Assembly: GCA_964409615.1 (NCBI GenBank)
Contig: CAYPDT010000001.1
Coordinates: forward strand, 653,102-698,658
Direction: 5' to 3'
Length of the DNA: 45,557 nt
Source: an uncultured Candidatus Saccharibacteria bacterium
Lineage (GTDB): Bacteria > Patescibacteriota > Saccharimonadia > Saccharimonadales > AWTP1-31
In this document: positions 1 to 9,643 of the stretch, piece after piece
How the letters are laid out: every line of letters starts with the position of its first letter
Position numbering within the stretch: position 1 is the stretch's first letter
Notes under the pieces: generated by a model
The model's input: only the letters and a program-made list of their open reading frames with translations
The model's database searches: none
Told to the model about the DNA's origin: nothing
Translations under genes and position numbers: made by a program

Positions 1-483
1 TCTGATCCAAAGACAACAAACCCACTCTTTAACAATAAAGATGCTATCGAAAAAGACCGAGTTGCAGCCAAGCAAAAAGCAGAAGATGCCAGGACTCGCT
101 TGCTAGCAAATAAAGTTAAGCCGTCTGATTTGGTCGATGAAATTTTAGCCGATGATAGTTTAATTTACGGCAATGCATCCAATGGTACGCAACACTTTTT
201 TGTTAATAAATTAGGTTACGAAGTATTGAATAGTTCGGGTAGTGGTAAGCGAGTCGCTAGTAGATTCATTGATACTCTACCCAACATACCTGAAGGCAAG
301 GCTACCGAAATCAAAGACGATATTCAAACATACACAGAAGTCCAATCCGGTACAATTGTCACTAAAAACGCGGCATATTACTTCGTATACAAGGTAAAAA
401 ATGTAACAGGTAGCAAAGATATTGCTACCCAGTTCAGTAATGCACTTAAAGAAATCCGGGTGGTGGATAATGTTAAGAACTAA
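1..483 (+). CDS. hypothetical protein, C-terminal part (truncated by the window edge)
   Basis: Frame 1 is open from base 1 to the TAA at 481-483, so the ORF-track TTG at 100 is probably internal. The stop overlaps the ATG (470) of the next gene. No family recognised. Confidence 0.5.
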   Translation, partial: SDPKTTNPLFNNKDAIEKDRVAAKQKAEDARTRLLANKVKPSDLVDEILADDSLIYGNASNGTQHFFVNKLGYEVLNSSGSGKRVASRFIDTLPNIPEGKATEIKDDIQTYTEVQSGTIVTKNAAYYFVYKVKNVTGSKDIATQFSNALKEIRVVDNVKN

Positions 484-2695
484 TTTCAAAAAACTTACTG
501 CAATGTTTATTTTTTCATTCGCCTTATTCACCCTGGGTAATATAGCGCATGCTCCAAAAGCCAGTGCCCTCGGCTGTTACCCTAATGGCAATGCCGCGTA
601 CTTCAACGCTCAGGTTATGGTTCAGGTTCAGAATCCGGATGGAACATTTAGGAAATGGTCAGACGATTTTAGTTTTCGAGTAACGGCGGCTGACCCAAAG
701 CCATTTGGTAATAAGTGGTTTGTGCCAACTAATGGTATTAACTTCCCGGGCCGGCCAGGTTTTCCTACGGATACGGCTGTTTTTAATGCTCGGGCTGGTG
801 ATGGTATCACTGAATCGTGCCCAACTTTAAGCGGAACAAATGGAACAAGTATGGTTTTTGGTGATAGCACCGACGGTAAGCCGTACCTCGCATGTAACTG
901 GGGAACTTGGGGTGGTGGTGCGGGCAAGCAGCATGGGTTGTCGTTCTTTTTCAACCCAGTCTCTATCAACGACCCCGGAGGCTCAGGCTACTGGGACCCA
1001 GCAAATTCTGGCTATGTAGAGCCAGGAGGTCTTAGAGACGCTAATAACCAACAAGCTCTTGTAATTTTTGTGTATCGACTCACAACTATTTCTAATCCTC
1101 CGGAAGGAACGCTTGATAGGGCTGACTGTAACGTTATTGAAGGCTGGGCTCGTGATTTGGATGCTCCTGGTGGAATAACAAATGTCCATTTATATTTTGA
1201 TGATCCGAGCAACCCTGGTTTAGGGATTGATTTAGAGAGACTAGGTAAGACACGGGTATTTAGACCAGACCCTGGGTTAGGGGGCGACTTTGGCTTTCGG
1301 ATTGACTCCTCCGATCCGGCAATACCGGTGGATTTGTACACCGGAACTCACACCGTTTATGCGTATGGCATCGATGCCGGAGGCTCTAATAACAGGCAAT
1401 TAGGCTTAAGCCCAAAGACAATAGGGCCTTGTCCGGTACGCAGCTCTACCACAAACGGAACGGCTTCCACTAGTGTAGATAATGTTGAAAACCCTGGCCA
1501 AATAGATTTTGGTGCAGATATTAATCAAGGTAATCCGAGCTATGACGTAACAATCATCAGAAGGTTCTACATGATTCGTGCCGATGGAACACTCGTAGAT
1601 AACATTTTGCCACGCAGAACGTACAATCATAATGGTTCTGGGCCTCGCAGCTTCGAAAATGTACAAATACTTAACCCCCAGGGTGGACCACTTAACTTAA
1701 GGGTCGGCGACCAGATTTGTACTAGTGTCATTGTGGATAGTCCCGAAGTAACTATCGGTTTTCGTGGTTCAATAATTAGCAGGCAACCTGCGCGTGAATT
1801 TACGCCTTCATGCAAGCGCTTCGTCAACCTCCCCTACATGTCTTTCCAAGGCGGAGACGTTAGCGCTGGCGGTGACTTTACGGGTGGGGCTTGCTCCACC
1901 CCAGCAGGCATTAACACTAATGTTAATGCCGCTGGTCTGGGAGCAGGGGTAGAGTTTGCAGCTCTGGCCATTGGTAATATCTCTGGCTTTGCTAGTGCTC
2001 GCGGTCATGGCTCTGCAAATTCACTCATGTTCTCTAATACCACTTCGCCTCCCGGGCAGTTTGGTGGCTCCCATTGCATTAAGGACTACTACAGTAGTGC
2101 TCCGGCTGCCGTAACTCCAGGTTCTAGTATCTCTGTCAGTGGCCTCACAACCAGTAATGTTACCTACAATGGTCCATTCACTCTCAATGGTGGAACCCTA
2201 GGCAATGGTGTCCGCACCGGACTCTACATTAACGGTGACCTCATTATTGCTGGCAATATTGACTACGCCAGCGCTAGCTGGCCAACCCTCGACGACATTC
2301 CGTCACTACACATCTACGTCAAAGGTAATATCTACATCCAAGAAAACGTCACTAGCATTAATGCCATGCTCGTAGCCCAACCAAGCGCCACTCCAAATAG
2401 CGGTAAGATTGTCACTTGTGCCAGCGGCACAAGTCCGGTGCCTGTTGCTCAGCTCTTCGCACGTTGTGGTGGTGCCAGTGGCAACCGACTGACCGTCCGT
2501 GGTGCCCTGATTGCCAACAAAGTAGAATTCCTCCGTACTTCCGACTCCCTCCGCAACGCCAGTGGTGACGGCGGTGCTAATGCTGCTGAACTCGTTGACC
2601 TCAGCCCAGAATTCTTACTTGTAGCTCCCAAATCCAACAGTAATGTTGTTCCCAAAGACTACCAGTACTTCACTACCTTGCCGCCGGTTTTGTAG
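470..2695 (+). CDS. large secreted protein of unknown function (741 aa), N-terminal signal peptide
   Basis: The ATG at 470 is preceded by GGTGG and gives MLRTNFKKLTAMFIFSFALFTLGNIAHAPKASA, a typical signal peptide. The protein is Gly/Asn/Thr-rich and its C-terminal third looks beta-helix-like (GLYINGDLIIAGNIDY, IYVKGNIYIQENV). The ORF-track start at 422 would add a non-signal extension. Confidence 0.65.
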   Translation: MLRTNFKKLTAMFIFSFALFTLGNIAHAPKASALGCYPNGNAAYFNAQVMVQVQNPDGTFRKWSDDFSFRVTAADPKPFGNKWFVPTNGINFPGRPGFPTDTAVFNARAGDGITESCPTLSGTNGTSMVFGDSTDGKPYLACNWGTWGGGAGKQHGLSFFFNPVSINDPGGSGYWDPANSGYVEPGGLRDANNQQALVIFVYRLTTISNPPEGTLDRADCNVIEGWARDLDAPGGITNVHLYFDDPSNPGLGIDLERLGKTRVFRPDPGLGGDFGFRIDSSDPAIPVDLYTGTHTVYAYGIDAGGSNNRQLGLSPKTIGPCPVRSSTTNGTASTSVDNVENPGQIDFGADINQGNPSYDVTIIRRFYMIRADGTLVDNILPRRTYNHNGSGPRSFENVQILNPQGGPLNLRVGDQICTSVIVDSPEVTIGFRGSIISRQPAREFTPSCKRFVNLPYMSFQGGDVSAGGDFTGGACSTPAGINTNVNAAGLGAGVEFAALAIGNISGFASARGHGSANSLMFSNTTSPPGQFGGSHCIKDYYSSAPAAVTPGSSISVSGLTTSNVTYNGPFTLNGGTLGNGVRTGLYINGDLIIAGNIDYASASWPTLDDIPSLHIYVKGNIYIQENVTSINAMLVAQPSATPNSGKIVTCASGTSPVPVAQLFARCGGASGNRLTVRGALIANKVEFLRTSDSLRNASGDGGANAAELVDLSPEFLLVAPKSNSNVVPKDYQYFTTLPPVL

Positions 2696-2734
2696 GGTGG
2701 GGATGATATTACGGGGATAATCTGTAAAAACCTT

Positions 2735-2763
2735 GTGTACTGTCATCTTGCTTATGCTATAAT
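2735..2763 (+). promoter_or_regulatory. promoter of the pilM operon (extended -10 TGcTATAAT, weak -35 region GTGTAC)
   Basis: TGc at 2755-2757 and TATAAT at 2758-2763. The ATG at 2773 is only 9 nt downstream of the -10, which implies a 0-3 nt leader. Confidence 0.5.
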
Positions 2764-2772
2764 TTATCCAAT

Positions 2773-3813
2773 ATGAGCATACTGAGTGGGGTATCAGAAT
2801 TCTTCGGCCTCGACATCGGCACGACCGCTGTCCGATTAGTCGAGCTACATAATTCAGGGCGCTCTAAAGCCCTCGTTAAGTACGCCTATGTACCTCTTGA
2901 TAGCACTATCGCCATGAGTGATGCTAAAGGCGACCAGCAAAAGCTTGCACAAGCAATCAAAGATCTGGTCGAACAGTCGCGCGTTACAACCCGTAACGTA
3001 GCAGTAGGTTTACCGTCACAGCGTGTATTCACTACTGTTGTAGATATTGACCGGCTCAGCGAGCAAGAGATTGCCAAAACTATCCAGTATCAAGCTGATT
3101 CACTTATCCCAACCCCAGTTGCAGAGTCAAAGATAGACTGGGCAGTGCTAGGGGATTCTCCAAAAGATAAGAACAAAGTAGAAGTTCTTCTTACGAGTGT
3201 TACCAACGATTTTATCGAGGCTCGACTCGACATGCTCGAATCCATCGGACTCAACGTGATTGCTTTTGAACCTGATCATCTGGCTATGAGCCGAGCAGTT
3301 ATCCCTTTCGACGTTACAGCACCGCAGATGGTTATCGACATCGGTAACAAAGCGACAGATATAGTCGTTAGCATGAATGGTGCCCCACATCTTGCACGTG
3401 CTATTCCAACTGGTAGCGAAGCTATTATCAAAGCAGCTATCCAGAACCTGAGCATAGACGAGAAGCAAGCACAGCAGTTTGTTAACAAGTTCGGACTTAA
3501 CAAAGACAAGCTCGAAGGGCAGATTTACAATGCCATCATCGGAACCATTGATATCTTGGTCAGTGAGGTAGAGAAGTCTATCAAGTTCTTCCAGGGTCGC
3601 TACCCAGAGGTAAAGATTGAGCGCATTATCATGACCGGTGGGGCATCGGCCTTACCAGATTTTCCACTGTACGTAGCGAATAAGTTCGGCCTTAATGTTG
3701 AAATTGGAAATGCTTGGCGGAATGTATCATTTCCGGCTGACCGTCAAAACGAGCTACTAGCAGCGTCTAATCACTTCGGTGTAGCTACTGGGCTAGCGGA
3801 GCGTGACGTATGA
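2773..3813 (+). CDS. pilM: type IV pilus assembly protein PilM (actin-like ATPase fold)
   Basis: The N-terminus FGLDIGTTAVRLVEL is the typical PilM/FtsA-like phosphate-1 motif. Size is 346 aa and it is the first gene of a pilMNO-BTC cluster. Confidence 0.85.
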   Translation: MSILSGVSEFFGLDIGTTAVRLVELHNSGRSKALVKYAYVPLDSTIAMSDAKGDQQKLAQAIKDLVEQSRVTTRNVAVGLPSQRVFTTVVDIDRLSEQEIAKTIQYQADSLIPTPVAESKIDWAVLGDSPKDKNKVEVLLTSVTNDFIEARLDMLESIGLNVIAFEPDHLAMSRAVIPFDVTAPQMVIDIGNKATDIVVSMNGAPHLARAIPTGSEAIIKAAIQNLSIDEKQAQQFVNKFGLNKDKLEGQIYNAIIGTIDILVSEVEKSIKFFQGRYPEVKIERIIMTGGASALPDFPLYVANKFGLNVEIGNAWRNVSFPADRQNELLAASNHFGVATGLAERDV

Positions 3814-4493
3814 TTCAGTTCAACCTCTTACCAGATGTAAAGCAAGAGTACATTAAGGCAAAACGCCAAAAGCACACCGTTATTGTGGTATCACTACTTG
3901 GTGCGGCAGCATCTTTGTTTATATTCATCATGATGTTCCTCACTGTTTATGTGTTTCAAAAAGCCCACCTTCGTAACCTAGATGGAGACATTGCTTCAAG
4001 TACCCAGACCTTAAAGAGCACGCCTAATCTCAACAAGATTCTGACTATCCAAAACCAACTTAATAGCTTGCCAGGGCTGCACGACCAGAAGCCAGTTGTA
4101 ACTCGACTCACCAACTATCTGTCTGCAATTACCCCCGCACAGGTAAACATCGGTGAGACAGAAGCCAACTTCGAAGAGAAGACAATTAAGATTAAGGGTA
4201 CATCCGATACACTGCAGAATGTGAACAAATTTGTTGATACCATTAAGTTCACCACTCTAAAGGATAACGGCGAAGATGTAAAAGATAAGGCACCTTTTAC
4301 CAATGTTGTCTTGAGTGAATTCGTTCGTAATGATAAAGAAACCACCTACACTATCGCTTTTAGTTTTGACCCTGTTATCTTTGACATAAAGCACGAGATT
4401 GCACTGACTGTTCCAAAGATTACTTCCACTCGTTCCGAAACAGAAAAACCAACCGACTTATTCCAGGCATTGCCTGAGGTAAAGAAGCAATAA
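3810..4493 (+). CDS. pilN: PilN-like pilus assembly protein (bitopic membrane protein)
   Basis: Begins MIQFNLLPDVKQ (conserved NLLP motif) followed by one TM helix. It has a 4-nt overlap with pilM. Confidence 0.7.
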   Translation: MIQFNLLPDVKQEYIKAKRQKHTVIVVSLLGAAASLFIFIMMFLTVYVFQKAHLRNLDGDIASSTQTLKSTPNLNKILTIQNQLNSLPGLHDQKPVVTRLTNYLSAITPAQVNIGETEANFEEKTIKIKGTSDTLQNVNKFVDTIKFTTLKDNGEDVKDKAPFTNVVLSEFVRNDKETTYTIAFSFDPVIFDIKHEIALTVPKITSTRSETEKPTDLFQALPEVKKQ

Positions 4494-4501
4494 GGATTAC
4501 C

Positions 4502-5176
4502 ATGGCTGATTTTAAAATGACATCCAAGAAAGTACAAATCAACAAAGCCCAGGCTACTACTGTTGGTGTTGTGGCTACAGCGGTCTTTATTACGGTGTTC
4601 TCTTTGGTATCTGTAAAGTCTTTATGGACGCAACGTAGCTACCAGGCTCGTGTGATTGCTAAAAAACAAGAGGCCCGCGACCAATTACAGCAAAATACTG
4701 AGGCCGTAAAGGGGCTTGTCGAGTCTTATCAGCAGTTTGTTAGTTCAAGTACAAACATTCTAGGTGGGAATCCTCAAGGTACTGGTGAAAAAGATGGCGA
4801 TAACGCTCGTCTAATACTGGACGCACTCCCAAGTAAGTACGACTTTCCAGCGCTTACAACCAGTCTTGAAAAGGTGATTACCGACAAACGACTTAAAATC
4901 GATGGCATTACTGGAACCGACGATGAGGTTAACCAGTCAGCTTCAAAAGATAGTGGTAGTCCAACCCCACAAGACATGCCATTCCAGATTGCTGTTAGCG
5001 GTTCATACGCCTCAATCCAAGAACTATTTGGAGTATTCGAGTCATCAATCCGTCCGTTCCAAGCACAGAAAATCATACTAAAGGGCGGTGCAAGCGATAT
5101 GAAGTTAACAATGGACGCTAAAACATTCTATCTACCAGAAAAATCACTAGATATAAAGAAAGTAGAAGTAAAGTAA
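4502..5176 (+). CDS. pilO: PilO-like pilus assembly protein (TM helix plus coiled coil)
   Basis: Position after pilN, a single N-terminal TM (VGVVATAVFITVFSLVSV) and a following coiled-coil segment. Assigned mainly by synteny. Confidence 0.55.
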   Translation: MADFKMTSKKVQINKAQATTVGVVATAVFITVFSLVSVKSLWTQRSYQARVIAKKQEARDQLQQNTEAVKGLVESYQQFVSSSTNILGGNPQGTGEKDGDNARLILDALPSKYDFPALTTSLEKVITDKRLKIDGITGTDDEVNQSASKDSGSPTPQDMPFQIAVSGSYASIQELFGVFESSIRPFQAQKIILKGGASDMKLTMDAKTFYLPEKSLDIKKVEVK

Positions 5177-5433
5177 TGAAACAAAAAGACATAGGGCTAT
5201 TCGTTGCAGTCGGCTTGGTAAGTGCTATATTCTCTGTAATCATCTCGAATCTACTGATAACACCGTCTAAGACGAAAAAACAGCAAGCAGAGGTGGTAAA
5301 AGCTATCTCTTCCGACTTTACTGTGCCAACTTCTGATAGTAAGTATTTCAATAAAGATTCAGTCAACCCAACTAAACTGATTCAAATTGGTGATAACACA
5401 AATCAATCACCATTTAATGGAACATCGCAGTAG
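5176..5433 (+). CDS. small single-pass membrane protein in the pilus operon, unknown function
   Basis: TAATG stop/start overlap with pilO, and one TM (IGLFVAVGLVSAIFSVIISNLLI). No family recognised. Confidence 0.5.
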   Translation: MKQKDIGLFVAVGLVSAIFSVIISNLLITPSKTKKQQAEVVKAISSDFTVPTSDSKYFNKDSVNPTKLIQIGDNTNQSPFNGTSQ

Positions 5434-5446
5434 CGGGTAAGCGCCT

Positions 5447-7240
5447 ATGAGCGTTTTATCGGCTACCACTCAAAAGCAGGTCGAAGAAGACCTTATCGAA
5501 CAAGGTCTGTTGAATGATCAGCAAATCCAGGATATTCATGCTCAGGCGGAGCGAGAGGGTACCCCGTTTCTGACGGCACTACTAGCTAGTAGCCTTATTA
5601 CCGAAGAAGACCTGACTAGAACCACAGCAAAGGTGGCCAAGGTGCCGTATGTAAACCTCAGTGATGCACGTATCGATGCCGAAGTGCTTGCCCTGCTGCC
5701 ACAAGACATCGCAGAGCGTTATATGGCTGTACCGCTGGGTGAAATGCAGCACCGTTTGGTTGTTGCCATGCTCGATGCCGACAACGTGCAGGCCGCCGAC
5801 TTCTTGGCCAATAAAATTGGTCGTCCGCTGAAGGTATATGCGGCCAGTGAAGTTGGTATCAAACGTATTCTTAAGCAATATGCTGAACGTATAGATAACC
5901 GTATGATGGGCGACCTCAAAGCTACAGCCGATGCAGTAGCGGGGCAGGACGAGGCAGATAAAAAACAGGCAGCCAAAGACAATGTTCAGACTATTGTGCA
6001 AGACTCGCCAATTAGTAAGGCCCTGTCGACTATCATGGAGTATGCTGCCAAAAACCGTGCAAGTGATATACATATCGAGCCACTCGAAAAAGCTCTCAAA
6101 ATTCGTGCACGTATCGACGGCGTGTTGCGCGAAATTATGAAATTGCCAAAAAGTACCGAAGCGCCGCTAGTCTCTCGTATTAAGATTTTGTCTAACCTAA
6201 AAATTGATGAACACCGTATTCCACAAGACGGTGGTTTCGCCATTATTGTTGATAACCATCCCATCGACCTTCGTATCTCAATCAGCCCTGTAGTATGGGG
6301 TGAGCAAGTGGTCATTCGTTTGCTCGATAAAAGTGGTACCAGCTTAAACCTTGCAGACATGGGTTACCATGGCCGTGCACTCCGTACTATCAAGAAAGCC
6401 CTCGAACAGCCGAATGGCATGATTCTAACCAGTGGCCCAACCGGCTCTGGTAAGTCAACTTCGTTGTATGCATTGCTACAAGAGATAAAGAGCGACACGG
6501 TAAATATCGTTACCCTCGAAGATCCAGTTGAATACAAAATGCAGGGCATTAACCAGATTCAGGTTAATGCAGAGGTGGGGCTGACCTTTGCTAATGGGCT
6601 TCGTTCTATCTTGCGTCAAGACCCTGATGTTGTGATGGTTGGAGAAATTCGCGACAAAGAAACTGCTCAGCTGGCAGTTCAGGCTGCCTTAACGGGCCAC
6701 CTTGTCTTTAGCACACTTCACACCAACTCAGCCGCTGGAATTCTACCTCGTTTACTCGACATGGGCATCGAACCTTTCTTGATTGCTAGTACCGTGCACA
6801 CAGTTATTGGTCAGCGGTTGGTGCGACGAACGAGTGAACAGAAAGCTTCGTACCAGTCAGACAAAGCCGAAACAGTGGCCATACAAGCCACATTAGGTGC
6901 TTTGTTGCCGGGTTCTGAGGCGGAGCGGGCCAAAGCAGCAGAAGATCTTGGTTACGATAACTTGCCACTGAAGGCACAAAACGCTTATACTTTATTCAAG
7001 GGCGTAGATTCGCCAGAAACGCCCGGTGGCTATAAGGGGCGAATGGGCTTATACGAAGTATTCGAGATAAGCGAAACCATTCAAGATCTTATTCTCAAAC
7101 GTTCAACCAGCGCCGAAATTCAAAAACAGGCCCGGCTTGAAGGAATGGTCACCATGCGTGAAGACGGATACTTAAAAGCATTAACTGGCCAGACGACATT
7201 AGCGGAAATTAACCGTGTCGCGGCCACAGATAGCGCCTAA
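5447..7240 (+). CDS. pilB: type IV pilus extension ATPase PilB (GspE family)
   Basis: Walker A GPTGSGKST, Asp box LEDPVE, Walker B VMVGEIRD and His box TGHLVFSTLHTN, plus an N-terminal GSPII-like domain. Confidence 0.9.
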   Translation: MSVLSATTQKQVEEDLIEQGLLNDQQIQDIHAQAEREGTPFLTALLASSLITEEDLTRTTAKVAKVPYVNLSDARIDAEVLALLPQDIAERYMAVPLGEMQHRLVVAMLDADNVQAADFLANKIGRPLKVYAASEVGIKRILKQYAERIDNRMMGDLKATADAVAGQDEADKKQAAKDNVQTIVQDSPISKALSTIMEYAAKNRASDIHIEPLEKALKIRARIDGVLREIMKLPKSTEAPLVSRIKILSNLKIDEHRIPQDGGFAIIVDNHPIDLRISISPVVWGEQVVIRLLDKSGTSLNLADMGYHGRALRTIKKALEQPNGMILTSGPTGSGKSTSLYALLQEIKSDTVNIVTLEDPVEYKMQGINQIQVNAEVGLTFANGLRSILRQDPDVVMVGEIRDKETAQLAVQAALTGHLVFSTLHTNSAAGILPRLLDMGIEPFLIASTVHTVIGQRLVRRTSEQKASYQSDKAETVAIQATLGALLPGSEAERAKAAEDLGYDNLPLKAQNAYTLFKGVDSPETPGGYKGRMGLYEVFEISETIQDLILKRSTSAEIQKQARLEGMVTMREDGYLKALTGQTTLAEINRVAATDSA

Positions 7241-7265
7241 TACAGGCATAAGGGGTAGGGGATAC

Positions 7266-8327
7266 ATGCAACCACGAATCGAAATACTGCTAGAAGAGGT
7301 GATTAAGAAGAAGGCATCCGACCTTCACTTACAAGTCAGCTTACCACCGATGTTGCGTGTTGATGGTGCTTTAACACCAGTCACTGGAACAGAGCCACTC
7401 ACCGAAGAAAGTATCGAAGCCTTGGTGTTCGCAATCCTCGATGAAGACCAAAAGCAAATCTTGCTCAAAGATAAAGAATTCGACTTTTCATTTGCTTTCG
7501 GTGATCTCGGCCGTTTTCGTGTGAATGCTTTCCACGAACGCGGTAACTTAGCTGCAGCTTTACGTTTAATTCCTAACGAAATCCTCAGTATCGAACAGCT
7601 TGGTTTGCCACCTATTGTTAATAAGTTCGCTGACTATCCTCGTGGTCTTGTATTAGTAACAGGCCCAACTGGTTCTGGTAAATCAACCTCCTTGGCTGCC
7701 TTGGTGCACAAGATTAACCACGAGCGGGCAACCCACATCGTCACCATCGAAGACCCAATCGAATTTACTCATAAATCAGTAAAATCAGTTATTGTGCAAC
7801 GTGAAGTTCACTACGACACTTACTCATTCTCAGCTGCGCTTCGTTCAAGCTTGCGTCAAGATCCAGATGTCGTACTCATCGGAGAAATGCGTGACCTCGA
7901 AACCATTAGCTCAGCTATTACTATTGCCGAAACAGGCCACCTCGTTTTTGCAACGCTCCACACTAACTCTGCTGCGCAAAGTATCGACCGTATGATTGAT
8001 GTCTTCCCGCCACACCAGCAGCCACAGATTCGCTCACAGCTGGCAAACATCCTCATGGCTATCTGTTCTCAGCGGTTAATTCCATCTATTGGTGGTGGTC
8101 GTATTGCAGCCTCAGAAATTTTGATTGCCACACCAGCTGTCCGTAACATTATCCGAGAAGGTAAAAGCCATCAGCTAGAAGCGGTGATTCAAACTGGTGC
8201 AGAGTTCGGTATGCAATCCATGGATAAAACGCTCGTTAACCTAATTCATAACGGTACTATCACCTATGATGAAGCTCGTAACTATGCCGTTGATCTTGAT
8301 GAGCTTGATAGGCTAATGAGGAGTTAA
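7266..8327 (+). CDS. pilT: twitching motility / pilus retraction ATPase PilT
   Basis: MQPRIEILLEEVIKKKASDLHL, GPTGSGKSTS, IEDPIEF, VLIGEMRD, TGHLVFATLHTN and the AIRNxIRE-like VRNIIREGK. The ATG at 7266 is preceded by AAGGGGTAGGGG. The ORF-track start at 7215 lies inside pilB. Confidence 0.9.
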   Translation: MQPRIEILLEEVIKKKASDLHLQVSLPPMLRVDGALTPVTGTEPLTEESIEALVFAILDEDQKQILLKDKEFDFSFAFGDLGRFRVNAFHERGNLAAALRLIPNEILSIEQLGLPPIVNKFADYPRGLVLVTGPTGSGKSTSLAALVHKINHERATHIVTIEDPIEFTHKSVKSVIVQREVHYDTYSFSAALRSSLRQDPDVVLIGEMRDLETISSAITIAETGHLVFATLHTNSAAQSIDRMIDVFPPHQQPQIRSQLANILMAICSQRLIPSIGGGRIAASEILIATPAVRNIIREGKSHQLEAVIQTGAEFGMQSMDKTLVNLIHNGTITYDEARNYAVDLDELDRLMRS

Positions 8328-8328
8328 A

Positions 8329-9546
8329 ATGCTGACGTACGAATTTACTGCACGTAACAGCAAAACTGGTGAGAAGATAAAATCCGAAGTCTCGGCTGAT
8401 AGCGAACAGGCAGCTGCTAAAATTATTCGTGACCAAGGTCTTGCACCGCTAAGCATCAAGGCACAAGCGAGCTCAGAAGAAGGCTTTGGGAAATTCTTTA
8501 ACCGTATTAAGGTTGCCGATAAAGTCTTGTTCTCACGACAGCTTTCAACGCTTATTAATGCCGGTTTGCCACTAGTTCAAAGCTTGCGCAACGTCGCTAA
8601 TCAAACTCAGAATAAATCCCTCAGAATTGTAATCAACCAGGTCATATCCGATGTAGAAGGTGGTTCCGCTTTATCTGTCGCTATGGGTCGTCACCCTAAT
8701 GCCTTCGATAAAGTCTTTATCAGCATGGTTGCTGCCGGTGAGGCTTCTGGTACTCTCGACAAAGCCCTTGAGAGATTAGCTAACCAACAAGAAAAAGACG
8801 CCGAAATTATCAGTAAAGTAAAAGGCGCTATGATCTACCCTGCAGTCGTTATGGGCGTCATGGCGCTCGTTGTAGGGTTTATGCTTGTGAAAGTGTTGCC
8901 TCAGGTAGAGGTGCTTTACAACGATTTGCCTGGAGCAACCCTGCCAGTTGTAACAAAGCTGCTACTTGCTATCTCGCACGCTATCACTAAATACTGGTAT
9001 ATCGTTATCGTGATTACGGTAATCTCAGGGTTACTTCTTAACAGATGGTCAAAGACATCTGGCGGTAAGTCTGTCTTTGATAAGCTCAAGATGACGGCTT
9101 GGCCAATTGGCCGGCTTTTCATGAAGGTCTACATGGCTCGATTTGCCCGTACAGGTGCTACTTTGGTTAGTAGCGGTGTTCCACTTCTTCAAATGTTACA
9201 GATTACTGGTGATGCTATTAGCAATGTGCACATTGAAACGGCGTTGCGTAAGGCCTCGGATAAGGTCAAGGGTGGCAAGTCATTGGCAGATTCATTAGAT
9301 GGTGACCCGAACTTCTTACCACTCGTACCAAACATGCTTCGTATTGGTGAACAGTCAGGCGCCCTAGAGTCTATGCTCGAGAAAGTAGCTGATTACTACG
9401 AAAAAGAAGTCGACACCGAAATCCGAAACGTATCTAGTATCATCGAGCCTGCCTTGATGGTTATCCTTGGTGTTTTCGCCTTTATTATTGTTGCTGCGGT
9501 ACTTTTACCAATATATGGTTTAGCAGGCCAGAACCTAGGGGGCTAA
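8329..9546 (+). CDS. pilC: type IV pilus platform protein PilC (GspF family)
   Basis: Two GspF-type repeats (FSRQLSTLINAGLPLVQSL and FARTGATLVSSGVPLLQML) and a polytopic membrane profile. A GAGGAG Shine-Dalgarno precedes the start. Confidence 0.9.
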   Translation: MLTYEFTARNSKTGEKIKSEVSADSEQAAAKIIRDQGLAPLSIKAQASSEEGFGKFFNRIKVADKVLFSRQLSTLINAGLPLVQSLRNVANQTQNKSLRIVINQVISDVEGGSALSVAMGRHPNAFDKVFISMVAAGEASGTLDKALERLANQQEKDAEIISKVKGAMIYPAVVMGVMALVVGFMLVKVLPQVEVLYNDLPGATLPVVTKLLLAISHAITKYWYIVIVITVISGLLLNRWSKTSGGKSVFDKLKMTAWPIGRLFMKVYMARFARTGATLVSSGVPLLQMLQITGDAISNVHIETALRKASDKVKGGKSLADSLDGDPNFLPLVPNMLRIGEQSGALESMLEKVADYYEKEVDTEIRNVSSIIEPALMVILGVFAFIIVAAVLLPIYGLAGQNLGG

Positions 9547-9575
9547 AACCTCTGGGGATAAGAGGCAGAAAGTAC

Positions 9576-9603
9576 TTGCTTTTTAAAGCAGAAGCAGTAT
9601 CAT
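9576..9603 (+). promoter_or_regulatory. candidate promoter of the major pilin gene (TTGCTT-16-TATCAT)
   Basis: TTGCTT at 9576-9581 and TATCAT at 9598-9603. It would give a leader of about 34 nt carrying the AAGGGGG SD at 9629-9635. Confidence 0.4.
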
Positions 9604-9643
9604 TGTAAGCATAAACAAGTAACATCTTAAGGGGGCATTAAGA

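Noticed and set aside
7215-7265. Upstream extension of pilT overlapping the pilB 3' end
   Set aside because: The ATG at 7266 has a G-rich SD and yields the conserved PilT N-terminus. The extension is non-conserved-looking sequence lying mostly inside pilB.
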